From positions 2,343,561-2,407,560 of the forward strand of contig MU006089.1 of assembly GCA_010093705.1 (NCBI GenBank): a stretch of 64,000 nucleotides of DNA. The letters run 5' to 3'. The DNA is from Patellaria atrata CBS 101060. Taxonomy: Eukaryota. Below the pieces are notes generated by a model. The model was given only the letters and a program-made list of their open reading frames with translations. It did not search any database and was not told the origin of the DNA. Positions 25,889 through 37,134 of this stretch are shown here, piece by piece (position 1 is the stretch's first letter; every line of letters begins with the position of its first letter). The position numbers were made by a program, and so were the translations under genes.

Positions 25889-28800
25889 ATGAGCAACCAC
25901 TACAGGCCCTCCTCTCCAAGAGGGCGTCATCACATAACTGTGCCTGAACGCTCTTCAACTGGTACGTTTCCCACTTATGATCCTTACTACGACACGCGCT
26001 CGCCCCAAGGCTATACGTCACCGAGGAGCGGAGTAGTTCCGATATCAACACAGACATTCGTAAACTCCGCATCCGGTGCTTCAAGAGCCGCTACTGTCTA
26101 CAATCCTTACAGCACGAGGCCACGGCGATCAACTTTAACGGAAGCAGACAATGCGCACAGGAGATCATCTAGCCTTGTTCCTCCAGCCCTTCCCAGTCGG
26201 AGTCGTCCAATAGTTCAAACTAGCATTGAAAGGCCGTCCAGCCCTCTCGCACGTTCATGGGATAGCCGAGATGCATTCGTTACACCTGCTTCATCTGGAC
26301 CTAAGCGGGAGAGGAAAGTCTACAGTATTGACGATGGTAAAGCTTATAGAGTCAACGATAACGATGCAGATAGTCACTGGAAAGATAGTGAACGTGAACG
26401 AGGTGGTTATAGGAGTTCTGGACAGGGGCCAAGTCGGAAAGGTTATCATCTAAATGGACCTCTCGTTAGGCCTTCACCTGGTGTTGCCGGCGTTAATGAT
26501 GATTACTATTCCTATACGGATCCTGCAACCATGTATAAGGAAACCGAACCCGTTTGGAGACGCCGTCGAGGTAGTGTTGACGGTAGGCGTGAGCGACCTA
26601 CCAGTATGCTTGAAAGTTATGCCCCAAAAACCACTCGCGATAATTTGGGACCACCACCCACGACTCGAGGCTTTGGTAGAATTAGTGACAACATGGGCCA
26701 TCCTACCGCTCCACCTGCCCGTTCATCATCCCGAGACAGGTACAATGACTATAGCGGATACCGAGATGACATCTACGATCGAAACCTCCAGCGGACCAAT
26801 TCCACGCGCCCTAAGACAACAATTCACCAGGACCGTGATGACCGTCGGGGTGACCGATATGATCGTAGAGATGAATATGATACGCAGAGGGATAAGCGTC
26901 ACGGCGACCGATACGATGATCCAGAGCTTGAGGCTCGCGGTTTTGGTATTAAACCTACAGGTGTTGATCCTTACAATATTCCACCACCTCCACCGCCTTC
27001 CCGTGACGATAGGAAGGATCGTAGGCCACCTTACGGCGCGGAACCAGTAGCGCAACAATCCGGACCTTTGGGTTACATCCCCCATGATGACCGCCGCGAG
27101 CAAGACCGACGAGATCGTGAATGGGTGTTGGAGCGAGAGAGGGAACGTGAAAGGGAGCTTCGCGACCGTGATCGAGATCCTCGTGACCGCCATCGAGATC
27201 GCGATGCTACCAGGGATAGGGGGTATGAATTATCCCGTAGAGATCGCAATGACCGCGAAACCGCCAGGGACAGAGATAATGAGTCCACCCGAAAGGACCG
27301 AGATGATCGCGAAAGCCAAGGCGGTGCAGTTGGAGGCGCAGCTCCAGGAATTCCGCCCGCTGTCGCCACCGCAGTCATGGGCTACAATGCACATGAACTC
27401 ATGGATAAGGAACGTCGTGAAGCTGAGTACGCTGAACGTGAGGAATCGAGCAGGCGACACTTGCGCAAGTCTTCAGATGTGCCTGAATCCAGAGATAAGA
27501 GACCTGAAGATGCTGAAGACCGGAACCGAAGGAACCGTAAGTCCGGACCTGATGATGTTGATCGACCTCGTGAGCGGAAGTATGAAGTCGATGAGGAGAG
27601 GGATCACAAGCACCGTAGTTGGGAGCCTTCTGATAACCCAGAGACCCGCGAACGTCATTACGTAGACAAAGATGACACGAAAGTGCGAGATGACAGGAGA
27701 AAGGACCGTCAGGACGAGCCAAGCAGTGCTATGGATCCGGATGAAGAATACCGCCGTAGGGTGCAACAAGAAATGGAGCGTAGCTACCAACCACCGCCGC
27801 GGGAGGCTCTCGAAGCAGATAGAGAGCGGGAGAGGAGGCGCCGTGAACAATCATCCCAAGATAATACACTTGCTATACGCAGCCTTCCCAAAGACGATAG
27901 CATGATCACTCAACCTGATCTGGAGAGGAGGCGACGTGATGAACCATCTCAAGATATCCCTCCCATGCGTGGTCTTCCTAGAGATGATAGCATGACCACT
28001 CATCCTGATATCGAACGGGCTCGAGAGCGGCAGAACAATGTGTTAGGTGGACATATGGTCTCGGAACCAGGCGAAGCCAAGGACGAACCGGAGCGAGATA
28101 GACGTGTGCAAATCGTAGCACCGGCGGAGAAGAAAGATTCTCCACCACCTCCCAAATCTATCCTTCGGAAACCAACGGAAAAGTTCCCCGAGGATCCTAA
28201 CCCTATACGCGAAGGCGTCGCACCTCTAAAGGACGCTACCAAGAAAGGTATTCCACCTGGAGCCCGCTGGACCAAGATCGATCGTCGCCTTGTGAACCCT
28301 GAAGCTCTGGAAGAAGCCAAGGAAAGATTTGAGGAGCGTCAGGATTGCGTAATTGTCCTGCGTGTCTTAACGAAGGAAGATATTCAGAAGTTAGCTGATC
28401 GTACAGCTGAGATCAGAGGTAAATATCACCATTCTCATTCTTGTCAACATGCAGATACACAAAGTAAGATGAAGTCGAAGAAGAAAGTGGAGTTTGATGA
28501 GAAAGAGCAAGGAAGAAGAAAGGAAGAAGAAAAGTCTAAAGAGTACCGAGGATCTAAAGGAGTAATGACTGGTAAAGAGAAGAATGAAGATGCTCCAGCT
28601 TCAAACCCTCTTGCCAGCACAGGAAAATATGGTTCATTATTTTCCTTTCTTGAGGGCGTAGCGGAGAGGTTTCTTTCAAGTAAAGGAGAGAGTCAGAGCT
28701 CCAGTCAAAATGAGTCTCACAATCAAAACCAGCCCCATAGTCAAGATCAGTTTCCTACTCAAGATCAGTCTTATAGTCACAATCAAAGTCAACATTACAG

Positions 28801-28978
28801 TCATGATCAGAGCAAGCGGCTAACCAACAACGCTAAAGAAGAACGCTACGAACGCGATCGCAAACGCCGACCCCGACGCGATGATTACGACGATGATGAC
28901 GAAGAGGACCGAAAGCCGCGTATGATTGAAGATGGTAGTGGAAGAATTGATAGGGATAGGTACAGAGATGAATATTAG
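25889..28978 (+). CDS. Large Arg/Asp-rich low-complexity protein with a conserved fungal C-terminal domain (IPPGARWTKIDRRLVNPEAL...VIVLRVL); probable intron 28419-28838 and 5' UTR intron 25600-25734
   Basis: >1000-codon ORF. The ORF-track start (25706) lies inside an apparent intron (gtaaga...gctgac...tag), so ATG 25889 is preferred. Confidence 0.8.
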   Translation: MSNHYRPSSPRGRHHITVPERSSTGTFPTYDPYYDTRSPQGYTSPRSGVVPISTQTFVNSASGASRAATVYNPYSTRPRRSTLTEADNAHRRSSSLVPPALPSRSRPIVQTSIERPSSPLARSWDSRDAFVTPASSGPKRERKVYSIDDGKAYRVNDNDADSHWKDSERERGGYRSSGQGPSRKGYHLNGPLVRPSPGVAGVNDDYYSYTDPATMYKETEPVWRRRRGSVDGRRERPTSMLESYAPKTTRDNLGPPPTTRGFGRISDNMGHPTAPPARSSSRDRYNDYSGYRDDIYDRNLQRTNSTRPKTTIHQDRDDRRGDRYDRRDEYDTQRDKRHGDRYDDPELEARGFGIKPTGVDPYNIPPPPPPSRDDRKDRRPPYGAEPVAQQSGPLGYIPHDDRREQDRRDREWVLERERERERELRDRDRDPRDRHRDRDATRDRGYELSRRDRNDRETARDRDNESTRKDRDDRESQGGAVGGAAPGIPPAVATAVMGYNAHELMDKERREAEYAEREESSRRHLRKSSDVPESRDKRPEDAEDRNRRNRKSGPDDVDRPRERKYEVDEERDHKHRSWEPSDNPETRERHYVDKDDTKVRDDRRKDRQDEPSSAMDPDEEYRRRVQQEMERSYQPPPREALEADRERERRRREQSSQDNTLAIRSLPKDDSMITQPDLERRRRDEPSQDIPPMRGLPRDDSMTTHPDIERARERQNNVLGGHMVSEPGEAKDEPERDRRVQIVAPAEKKDSPPPPKSILRKPTEKFPEDPNPIREGVAPLKDATKKGIPPGARWTKIDRRLVNPEALEEAKERFEERQDCVIVLRVLTKEDIQKLADRTAEIRGKYHHSHSCQHADTQSKMKSKKKVEFDEKEQGRRKEEEKSKEYRGSKGVMTGKEKNEDAPASNPLASTGKYGSLFSFLEGVAERFLSSKGESQSSSQNESHNQNQPHSQDQFPTQDQSYSHNQSQHYSHDQSKRLTNNAKEERYERDRKRRPRRDDYDDDDEEDRKPRMIEDGSGRIDRDRYRDEY

Positions 28979-29240
28979 TTAGGTTCATGGCTCAAGATGA
29001 GCGCCATACGAATTACGAAAGCGTATACCATCACTGTTAAGGTTCTTCATTAGATTCAAGGTTGATATCACGATAGAGCGCGGTGGTCTTTGATCACTGT
29101 CATAGCATGGCGTAGCAAACAGGCATAGCGTAGGATCCAAGGTTGTCGGCGAATGATTTAAGGTGGAAAATGTAAGGTACTTTCAATATGCGGGAGGTTT
29201 GAAGTGAGGTAGTCATGATGGGAGGGTTGATTATGTAAGT

Positions 29241-29445
29241 CTGCTCTAGATGAATCGTGGTAGAGGATGGGCTCAGTCACTTCTATGTTCTCCTTGCTTC
29301 GGATAATTCACAGACGGGGGATGAACTCAAGTCACTTCTTGGTTCTGCCTGCTTTAGATGAATCACAGCGGAGGATAATGTTAATTTACTTCTAGGTTCT
29401 CCTTAGTTTAGTCACAATGGAGGATCGATTAAACTTATTTCTGTT
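29241..29445. repeat. Degenerate tandem repeat, ~4 units of ~54 bp
   Basis: Anchor g(a/g)ggat at 29263, 29317, 29371, 29420, followed by acttct..gttct in the first three units. Confidence 0.75.
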
Positions 29446-30235
29446 GATCAGTCTCTTGTTTGAACAGATCCGGTAACTTACGCCTCTACCCTAGGCCCCT
29501 ATACAGCGTCAAGTCCCTCCAAACACAAATTTTCCTGATATGGTAAAGAAAAAGAACTTTTCTTCGCGTTGAGTATATAGTAAATCAAATGTCATCATCT
29601 ACGGAATGATACAACTCTCAATTTTCCGCACCTCTGGTACAACATGCTAAATGTAGTACAGATCATAAGTACTCAGCGCTCGTAGCAACCGACTATGCTT
29701 CGGCTTCCCTGAAAACCACATTATAGATATTCGCGCCAAGTCACATTAATGAGATATTGGAACCATCCTATACGTTCAAGTTCTTTAATATATCGTCTTC
29801 ACAGCTTCATTATATCATGAATCTTCTACTTGGTTCTGATGTGAAGCTGAGTGACTACAAGTACTCTCTCTTCCTTAGTCTCCCCTTGAGCAAAGCTCTA
29901 AACTATGGACCTATCTAGTTCGACTAGCCCTAACCAGTAACTGTTCTCCCATCCGAACAGCTATGAGGCAGGCTCAGCTGACATCCAGTATCTCATCTTG
30001 CTGAGCACTGATACTGGATTTATCATGCGCCCTGTATTGAACTCCCCCCCCCCCCCCCCATCCTTACAAAAAACCCCTAATGACAGACCGCTATCCAGTT
30101 CAATAGCCGCTTTGGGACGCTGGTTGCCCTATGCTCACCCACCATTCTCCAGCCAGCCAGCTATACAGCACTAGACAATATGGAGCCCAGGCATCCCCAG
30201 CTCAGTCTCGAAACAACCAAAAGCGTCTTCCCCAT

Positions 30236-30748
30236 TCACAGAAACTTCTTAGCAGCCGTCATAACCCTCCCTCTAAAAACCGGACTCGTAATCCGATCAT
30301 CCCGTCCATAAAACGGGTTCATAGTCGCCTTGATCCAATCCCCAAAGACCTCATTAAAGAACCCCCTAATCGCCTCCTCCGTCGCCGGCGCCGTGGGGTT
30401 ATACACCTCGCCCCTATACCCGCTCCTCCCACCCACCGCGCTGCTCGCCCGGGGGTTCCCCAGGTGCGGCTGCACCAACAGCATGAAGCGGATGTTGTTG
30501 GGTGTGAGGAAACAACTGACGTGGGAGGAGGTCGGTGGGTGCGTGTCGATGGCTTTGAGGTACATGGCGCTGTTGACCCATTGCGTTTCGCAGACTATGT
30601 CGAGAGCGGCGTGCACGATGAATTGGTTCATGTAGCGCGTTTGGGGGGGGAAGCGGGAGGCGCCGTCACCGCCGGATTTGGAGGTGCCGAATTCGGCTTC
30701 GAAGAGGGGGTTGTCGTGGTGACCGATTATCGCGAAGTAGTAGGACAT
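30236..30748 (-). CDS. TRS20: TRAPP complex subunit Trs20/Sedlin
   Basis: MSYYFAIIGHHDNPLFEAEF, NQFIVHAALDIV, MYLKAID, FFNEVF..WIKATMNPFY, ITSPVFR.RV..AAKKFL. Confidence 0.93.
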   Translation of the reverse strand: MSYYFAIIGHHDNPLFEAEFGTSKSGGDGASRFPPQTRYMNQFIVHAALDIVCETQWVNSAMYLKAIDTHPPTSSHVSCFLTPNNIRFMLLVQPHLGNPRASSAVGGRSGYRGEVYNPTAPATEEAIRGFFNEVFGDWIKATMNPFYGRDDRITSPVFRGRVMTAAKKFL

Positions 30749-31019
30749 TGTGGGGTTTGGCTTTTGTTTGGGATGTGGAGGTTTGTGAGGGGGGGATGGA
30801 TGGGATGGGATGTCAAGGAGAGTGGAGGGCGGTGAATACGTGCAACTATTTTTGCGTAGAGGAAGTTTGGGGGATGTTAATAGCTTTTGATGTGGTGGTG
30901 CTGGCGGTATTGAGCTCGGATGTGAGGTGAGGTTCGCCGGGGATGCCAAGACAAGTATCACTTCGTCTCATTCGAACCGCAAACCATCGAGTATTATCGC
31001 CAATTCGACCGTTAAAGCA

Positions 31020-31551
31020 ATGTTTGGGCCTTTTCGAGCTTCGTCACCGTTATCTGGAGGTTTACTATGGTAAATACAGATCCCTACCCATTGGTTCCTG
31101 ATGGCGCTCCAATTTCATCTGAAATATCGTGTTTTCTAATCCCTATATACTAACCACCACATTCAGGAAAATCCCATGGCGCCTCTCCTCACCACAAAAA
31201 TATCGCCATCGTCTCCGACTACGACGCGTAGATAAGGTCGTCAGTATCGTCGATAGCGCCTTAGCGAAGAAAGGACTCTCGACCAAGGGCTTGGAGAGAT
31301 GGAAGGATGAAATGCCGAAGGAGCAGGAGATGCTGCCGAAAGACAAGTATACAGTATTTGATCGCAAGGAGAAGAAGTATCGGAAGGGCATACATAGTGA
31401 GTTTACCTGCAGTTGGCACTTGGAGCAAGGAGCGTGTAGTTGCGTGCTTACGGTACGGCCAAGGGAAGTACATGAACCATAGCTGATCCCCCTTGCAGAA
31501 GTACCAAAGTGGACGAGAGTGAGCCAGAGGCTGAACCCGCCAGGATACTGA
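31020..31551 (+). CDS. MRPL31: Mitochondrial 54S ribosomal protein L31 (mL60), 3 exons; divergent from TRS20
   Basis: MFGPFRASSPLSGGLLW|KIPWRLSSPQKYRHR.RLR.VD...EMLPKDKYTVFDRKEKKYRKGIH|KVPKWTRVSQRLNPPGY. Confidence 0.93.
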
Positions 31552-33415
31552 TTGAGGTTTGGGGTTTGGAGTGTAAACATATGGCGTGTATCGCATATGG
31601 GATGTCTTCTGTTGTTGTCATGAAGCCAGGGAATCAGAGTTTAAGAACTTCTAAAGCATTGGATGGCGTTGCGGATGGATTGATCATAAAGTTCAACTGA
31701 TTGTAACATATACGCGCGGGGGTATCCCCTTACTGTCGCATTTAGGACGGAATTACAGTAGATTTTCGGTCGAGGTCTCATCACGTGTCCGCTCCTTCCA
31801 TAATAGTTCTCCCAACGTCACCGAACATATACTACGCAACATGTCCGTCGTGACTTCCAATTCGGACTAGCAACCACTCTAGCGCGTTTGTCGGCCACCT
31901 TTTCCCTACTTGCTCGCTCAAGCTGCCTTCTGCTTTTTTCTTCTTCTCCATCGAAACAACACTTCGTCCACCGTGTCTCCGACCACCACGTGCATTTGCT
32001 TGATTCCTTTTACTTTCATATTCTGAGTGTTTTGCTAATTTGATGATAGATTAGATACAAGTCAGAACCAGGAATCCAACATCTTCGTCAATTTTCTCAC
32101 TCGGATATTTCCTGATACCGCACATGGCTATCCTGATAAGTTCGGTCTCCTAGGACCTCCAAGGTTTCTGGTTTGCACGACTAAGAGCCATCAACTGGAA
32201 CCCCTCTAAGGCATCAGTTAAGTTCTATATTTTACCTTTCCATATTTCAAGTCTCAGGAATCTACTGAGCACTTTCCGGACCGCCGCGGCGTCCGGTCTC
32301 GAGGTCTATTGTCAACAAGATCCAATTGTTTCAAGAACTAATAGTGCACCGTTACTTCTCTTTACGGCAGTTGAATCGTATCCTCGACCTATTTTTCGGA
32401 AAAATCTGTGCTCTTAAATTGTAGAAGCAGGCAAAATTAATCCAATCCTCGCATAGCTCTCTTGAGGTTACTTAACAGAATGCTACGCACCTGACACCCT
32501 TTCATACGGTTGTCCTATCACATTGTTAGAGCCAGGAATATCTTTGTGATGTTTCTGATTAGAAGCTGGCTACCTGCACTCTTAAATCACTTTTCGGGTT
32601 ATCACGTATAACACCGCTTTTCAATCGACAAAACTTCAATGACTTAGATACCCAGCACCTTGGGGCGCGCGACCCCTACTCGTAGGGGTTTTTCCGAATC
32701 GAACGATGATCGAATCAGCTACCTTGGGATTGTTTTATAGGTATTAGGAGAAGCGCTTCCATAAGAAAGTCCGTGTATCTCGCATTGATCAACACTGAGA
32801 GCTTTCCGAAAACCTTCGAAAACTAGCACTAGTAGTCCCCTCGAGGATTATAACAACGACAACACATGGCGAACAGCTACTATGGGTCCACTTTTCGACA
32901 TGCAAGAATAGTGAATACTGAGACCCCTTCGTCATATACAAAAACAAGTCAGACGAATTCTTTCGAGATTTGCACAACCAAGTTAGGCGGATCTTTCGGG
33001 ATTTGCAGAAAAACAATGAACAACTGTAAGTTACATTGAAGATGTATTCTCTGATATTGTTTTCAATATCGATCACCGTCCTTACTAGGTCAATAATGGT
33101 CCCCTTGTGGGATCTGGGGTCGCCTTGACGTTGCTGCTAACGCATCAGCGAAAGTGGACCTCTACTTCTTGCGGCGAGGGCCGTTTTCATCCTACTTAGG
33201 TCTGTCATAATCGAGTCGGACACCACTGTAAGTTGTAAGAACAACTATTCTGGATCTGATGATTAATGTTGCCGATAGATATAACAGCTGCCATCATTCT
33301 CGTAATACTAAATGATGGTTATAATATATCAAACCTTATCTGAACCTCCTTTTACCGTCCCTAGTGTCTTCGTCGGGCAAATTGTCTCCACCTGTGGCAC
33401 GGGTATATACCCGAC

Positions 33416-33691
33416 TTCTCAACTTTCTTTACCGGACCCAGTGACCGGTGAGGGCTACTCGATGTCGCGTCGTCTGCCGCCGTCTCGAAGCTAGCCTCTC
33501 CCCAAGTCGAAACACTCACCACCGTCAATTTACCTCCTATGACACAACTAGAATCTTCTCAACCTCCCTTACCGGACCCAGTGACGTGTGAGGTCAATTC
33601 CGTTGGATAGAGCGGGTACTCGATGGTCGACTCAGCTGAGGTCGCCTCGAAGTCACCCTCTTCCCAAAGCGAAACACTCACTGCCGTCAAT
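33416..33691. repeat. Imperfect direct repeat, two copies (33416-33529 and 33556-33691)
   Basis: Shared blocks ttctcaac, ttaccggacccagtgac, tactcgatg, ctcgaag, cgaaacactcac, ccgtcaat; starts are 140 bp apart. Confidence 0.85.
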
Positions 33692-35132
33692 ATCAGGTGA
33701 AACATGTGTTCTACCAAGCGCAGAGTTCATTTGTAGAGTGAGTGGACCGCATACTTTTGTAAAGAGATTCGAAGTGCTCACATGATAGGGCTTAACTCTA
33801 CACCTTCAAGAAGTTCCACGTTCTATCGTTGGCAAATCCTTGAGCCCTTCATTTGAATTTTCTTAAGTCTTCGAGGCAAATTCTAACCAGTTTCATGTTT
33901 TAATATGGCATATATCTTGTTCAGTTGAGCTGGTCGAAGACACGGTGGTTCAATCAGCAAGCTTTTCTATACTTCATCTTTTCTTTCCCCCTACGTAGGA
34001 CCTTGCAGAGACTACGCTGTGTAAAACGAAGGAGACATTACAAGTACTTGAACTCAATTTCCTGGTAACTATCCCCTCGTGGACGCAGTACTACTGATAT
34101 CATACAGAATCGCACATAAGACCGTTCGACTTTCGTACTTCTTACCGTGCTGATAACAGAAGCTGTCGGCTTTTAATCTTCGGTCAAGCCCCACGGTCTA
34201 TTTCTACAAGATGTCGCCAGTGGGACGATGGAGAAAGTGCCTATGTTGGATATCTACTACTTGAAGATATATGAAGCACGACGGCAAACTCGACTTCAGG
34301 GTAGCAAAGTTTGAAGGCCGGTGTGGGGGAGTCCCTATCATCGAGTTATTGATTGTGATGGACACTTGGAGGGGCTAGGTAAGTCAATGACTTTGCAGTG
34401 TACAAGCTGATCTGAGGCTGGGTACGAATACGATACGGTGTGTAGCACAAGGGTCACCGGTGAGGTCTTGAAGTCGCTGAGGTGGAGTTACAATCAGTAC
34501 GTATGGATTTGTGGCGCCGAACTCTTTAAAGCTTGTTTGTGAAAGACACTGGCTCTATTTTTGGTAGCGAGAGCTTGCATGGCCTGCTGGGGACAAAGTC
34601 GATCATCCGCATTTCCAAGAAATTCTTTAAAACATCATCACTGCTGATGAACCTCATCCGTGCTACCGTAACGTTTCTACTGTAGAAATATTTGACTGAA
34701 AAGCGATTCAAATGCTAAGAGAAATAATATTCACTAGAAGAAAGAACGAGTTCGGGTTGGGTACAAAGTTCGCTTGTCTCCATAATCTGAACCGTAAGGC
34801 GTGTCGGCGAGTGTATACGCGTCGCCCAAGATGACCTGAAACCGCAATCGTTGGGGCAGTGCATTTTGTCGAAGTAGCTTTATGGCGCTTGATTTACACC
34901 GGGTTTGACATCTTGCGAGAAGAGTTTGATATTTCTCAACCCTTCATCTGCTTCAAAGACTAGTTTAAGACCATCGATTTTCTCTTTTCAATTGCATTGC
35001 TTACTTTCTATCTCCATATTTATTCTTCACAAGCTATATCAATAGCTACATTTGCCCTCGCTCTACGGTCTTATTGTATTATCTCGACTCATCAGAACAA
35101 CAGAATACTGAACTATACAGATAGAGAACGTC

Positions 35133-36248
35133 ATGTACTTTAAATCGTTTGCGCACTTTGCCTTTCTAGCTCCGTATTTGCTATTCAGTCCTATTCTCGC
35201 ACAACAACAAGCTTGCAACAACTCACCATTACTATGCGACCGATCGTACGCAAATGTCACACAACTGGGGGCGCATAATAGCGCTTTCATTCGGGATGAG
35301 TCAAATAATTTTGACGTGGCGGGAAACCAATACTTCAACAGTACTGAACAGCTTGATGCTGGCGTACGATTGTTAACGGCACAGGTGCATAGAAGTGGAA
35401 GCAGTAACGGAGCGCAGGAATGGCATCTATGTCACTCAGTATGTGAACTCATGGATGCCGGAAGGTTGAGCACATGGTTGTCGGGGATCAAGAGATGGTT
35501 GGATAACAATGAGAATGATGTTGTTACCATTCTCCTTGTCAACGCTGATGGTGCAACGGCTAGTGACCTTGATGGAGAGTTCCAACAGGCCGATATTGTC
35601 GACTACAGCTTTGTGCCTGCTGATACCACTCAGCCGTTGAGCAATTGGCCAACTTTGAGGGAGATGATTGCGAGTAATACCCGTCTGGTTACTTTCATTG
35701 CGAGTCTCCAGCCTTCGCAGAATACTGTCGCACCATATCTTCTGGACGAATTTACGTTCATTTTCGAGAATGATTTCGAAAACTTCAACGCGACGGACTT
35801 CGACTGCAACCCAGCCAGGCCAGGGACTCTCGGAACTGCGCGAAGTGCCGCTGAGACAGGGAGGTTGTTCCTCATGAATCACTTCTTGTACGAGCAGCAA
35901 CTCTTCAGCATCGAAGTACCGTTTGAGGACGGAGCGAATGTGACAAACTCGCCAGTTGGCACCGGAAGTCTAGGTGATCACAGTATCCAGTGCACAAGGG
36001 TGTACGGAAGGCCTCCATGGGCAGTTTTGGTCGACTTCTTCAACGTTGGACCAGCCATCGACAGCGTGGATGCTCTGAACAGCGTCCAGAATGCAGTGGG
36101 GAGGAAATCGGTCTCTAATGAAGTTATCAACGCGGAGAATCCGGTGAATTCTGAAGATTCCGAGGGCGCAGCGGTCAGTCGTGGGCCAAGTCTCACCGCG
36201 CTGGTGTTTCCACTCGCACTGGCGATACTTTGGATCGGAGCGTTTTAG
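35133..36248 (+). CDS. Secreted/GPI-anchored PLC-like phosphodiesterase (PI-PLC X-domain-like)
   Basis: Signal peptide, ACNNSPLLCDRSY, GAHNSAF, AGNQYFN...QLDAGVRLL, LCHS.C...DAG, LMNHFL, VLVDFF, hydrophobic C-terminus. Confidence 0.9.
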   Translation: MYFKSFAHFAFLAPYLLFSPILAQQQACNNSPLLCDRSYANVTQLGAHNSAFIRDESNNFDVAGNQYFNSTEQLDAGVRLLTAQVHRSGSSNGAQEWHLCHSVCELMDAGRLSTWLSGIKRWLDNNENDVVTILLVNADGATASDLDGEFQQADIVDYSFVPADTTQPLSNWPTLREMIASNTRLVTFIASLQPSQNTVAPYLLDEFTFIFENDFENFNATDFDCNPARPGTLGTARSAAETGRLFLMNHFLYEQQLFSIEVPFEDGANVTNSPVGTGSLGDHSIQCTRVYGRPPWAVLVDFFNVGPAIDSVDALNSVQNAVGRKSVSNEVINAENPVNSEDSEGAAVSRGPSLTALVFPLALAILWIGAF

Positions 36249-37134
36249 AGTTGGGAGGGAACTTTTTACTTGCGAATTGTTTGGTTTGGTGGGACAAGTC
36301 TTGTGGAGGAAACATTTCGTGTTCATTTGCATAGCGAGCGGTGTTTTATGGGGATCATGAATTTGGTGTTTTGGCTTTACATTCATCATGGTGCGGGAAA
36401 AGGGCATAGCGCAGGAATTCGGGAACTCTGCTTAGAACAAGCCTTTGGTATTCTAACGTCCGTTGACCGTTGTATCTCTTGGATAAGAAGAGCTTGTTTA
36501 TCAACGATATTCAATTTCAGAATTTTACATTCCGAACCAAGAATAGCATGAATAACGGGGTGAGTGCCAACTTTGATAGAGAAGAGATGTCATCTTACAG
36601 GGATAAAGCGGTTTGGTTGCTCGGGTGCTGATTAGTAGCCGTTTTGAGCAAGGAAATCAACAGCTGATCTTCGCCTGGCACGCCTGCCCAAAGGAAACCA
36701 AAATTAACGAGGGAAAGAGCTTTCCTGACCACTGGTTTCAGGCACATCCTGTCAGCTTTGCCCACACCAAAGTTGACACCACCATCGCGTTCATATCTCT
36801 CGAATATCACCACAGCCTCCTCCCACTCTCAAAGATATTCCTCCTCTCGCTGTCTCTTCGTTGAGAATCTAGCGGTAATTATCACATTCGTTATCAATTA
36901 GCGTGCGATCCGTTATTGTTTAAGTACATAATCGAAGACAATTCGTACCACTGTCTCAACAACCCTGCTTGTGTACCCCTTAACCTGCCGAACTCCCCAT
37001 AGCAAACGTTTCAAGGCTTCGAGTGGACGGAAACCAAGGACGTTAAATGAGTTGAATGGTGGATCTTAGTGCTTTTCCTCATTCTGTCATTCATCACATC
37101 CCAATCCTGCTCTATAACCGCCAAGGACATCGCC

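Noticed and set aside
29241..29445. CRISPR-like appearance of the tandem arrays (also 40075-40223, 61174-61347)
   Set aside because: Eukaryotic context, degenerate units, no unique spacers, no cas genes.
33440..33530. Hammerhead ribozyme
   Set aside because: GAAAC...GUC is present, but there is no CUGANGA core and stem III is not formed.
21400..34900. Telomerase RNA, RNase P/MRP, SRP or spliceosomal snRNA in the long intergenic regions
   Set aside because: No template (TAACCCTAA) or conserved signature motifs found by eye; a covariance-model search would be needed to exclude them fully.
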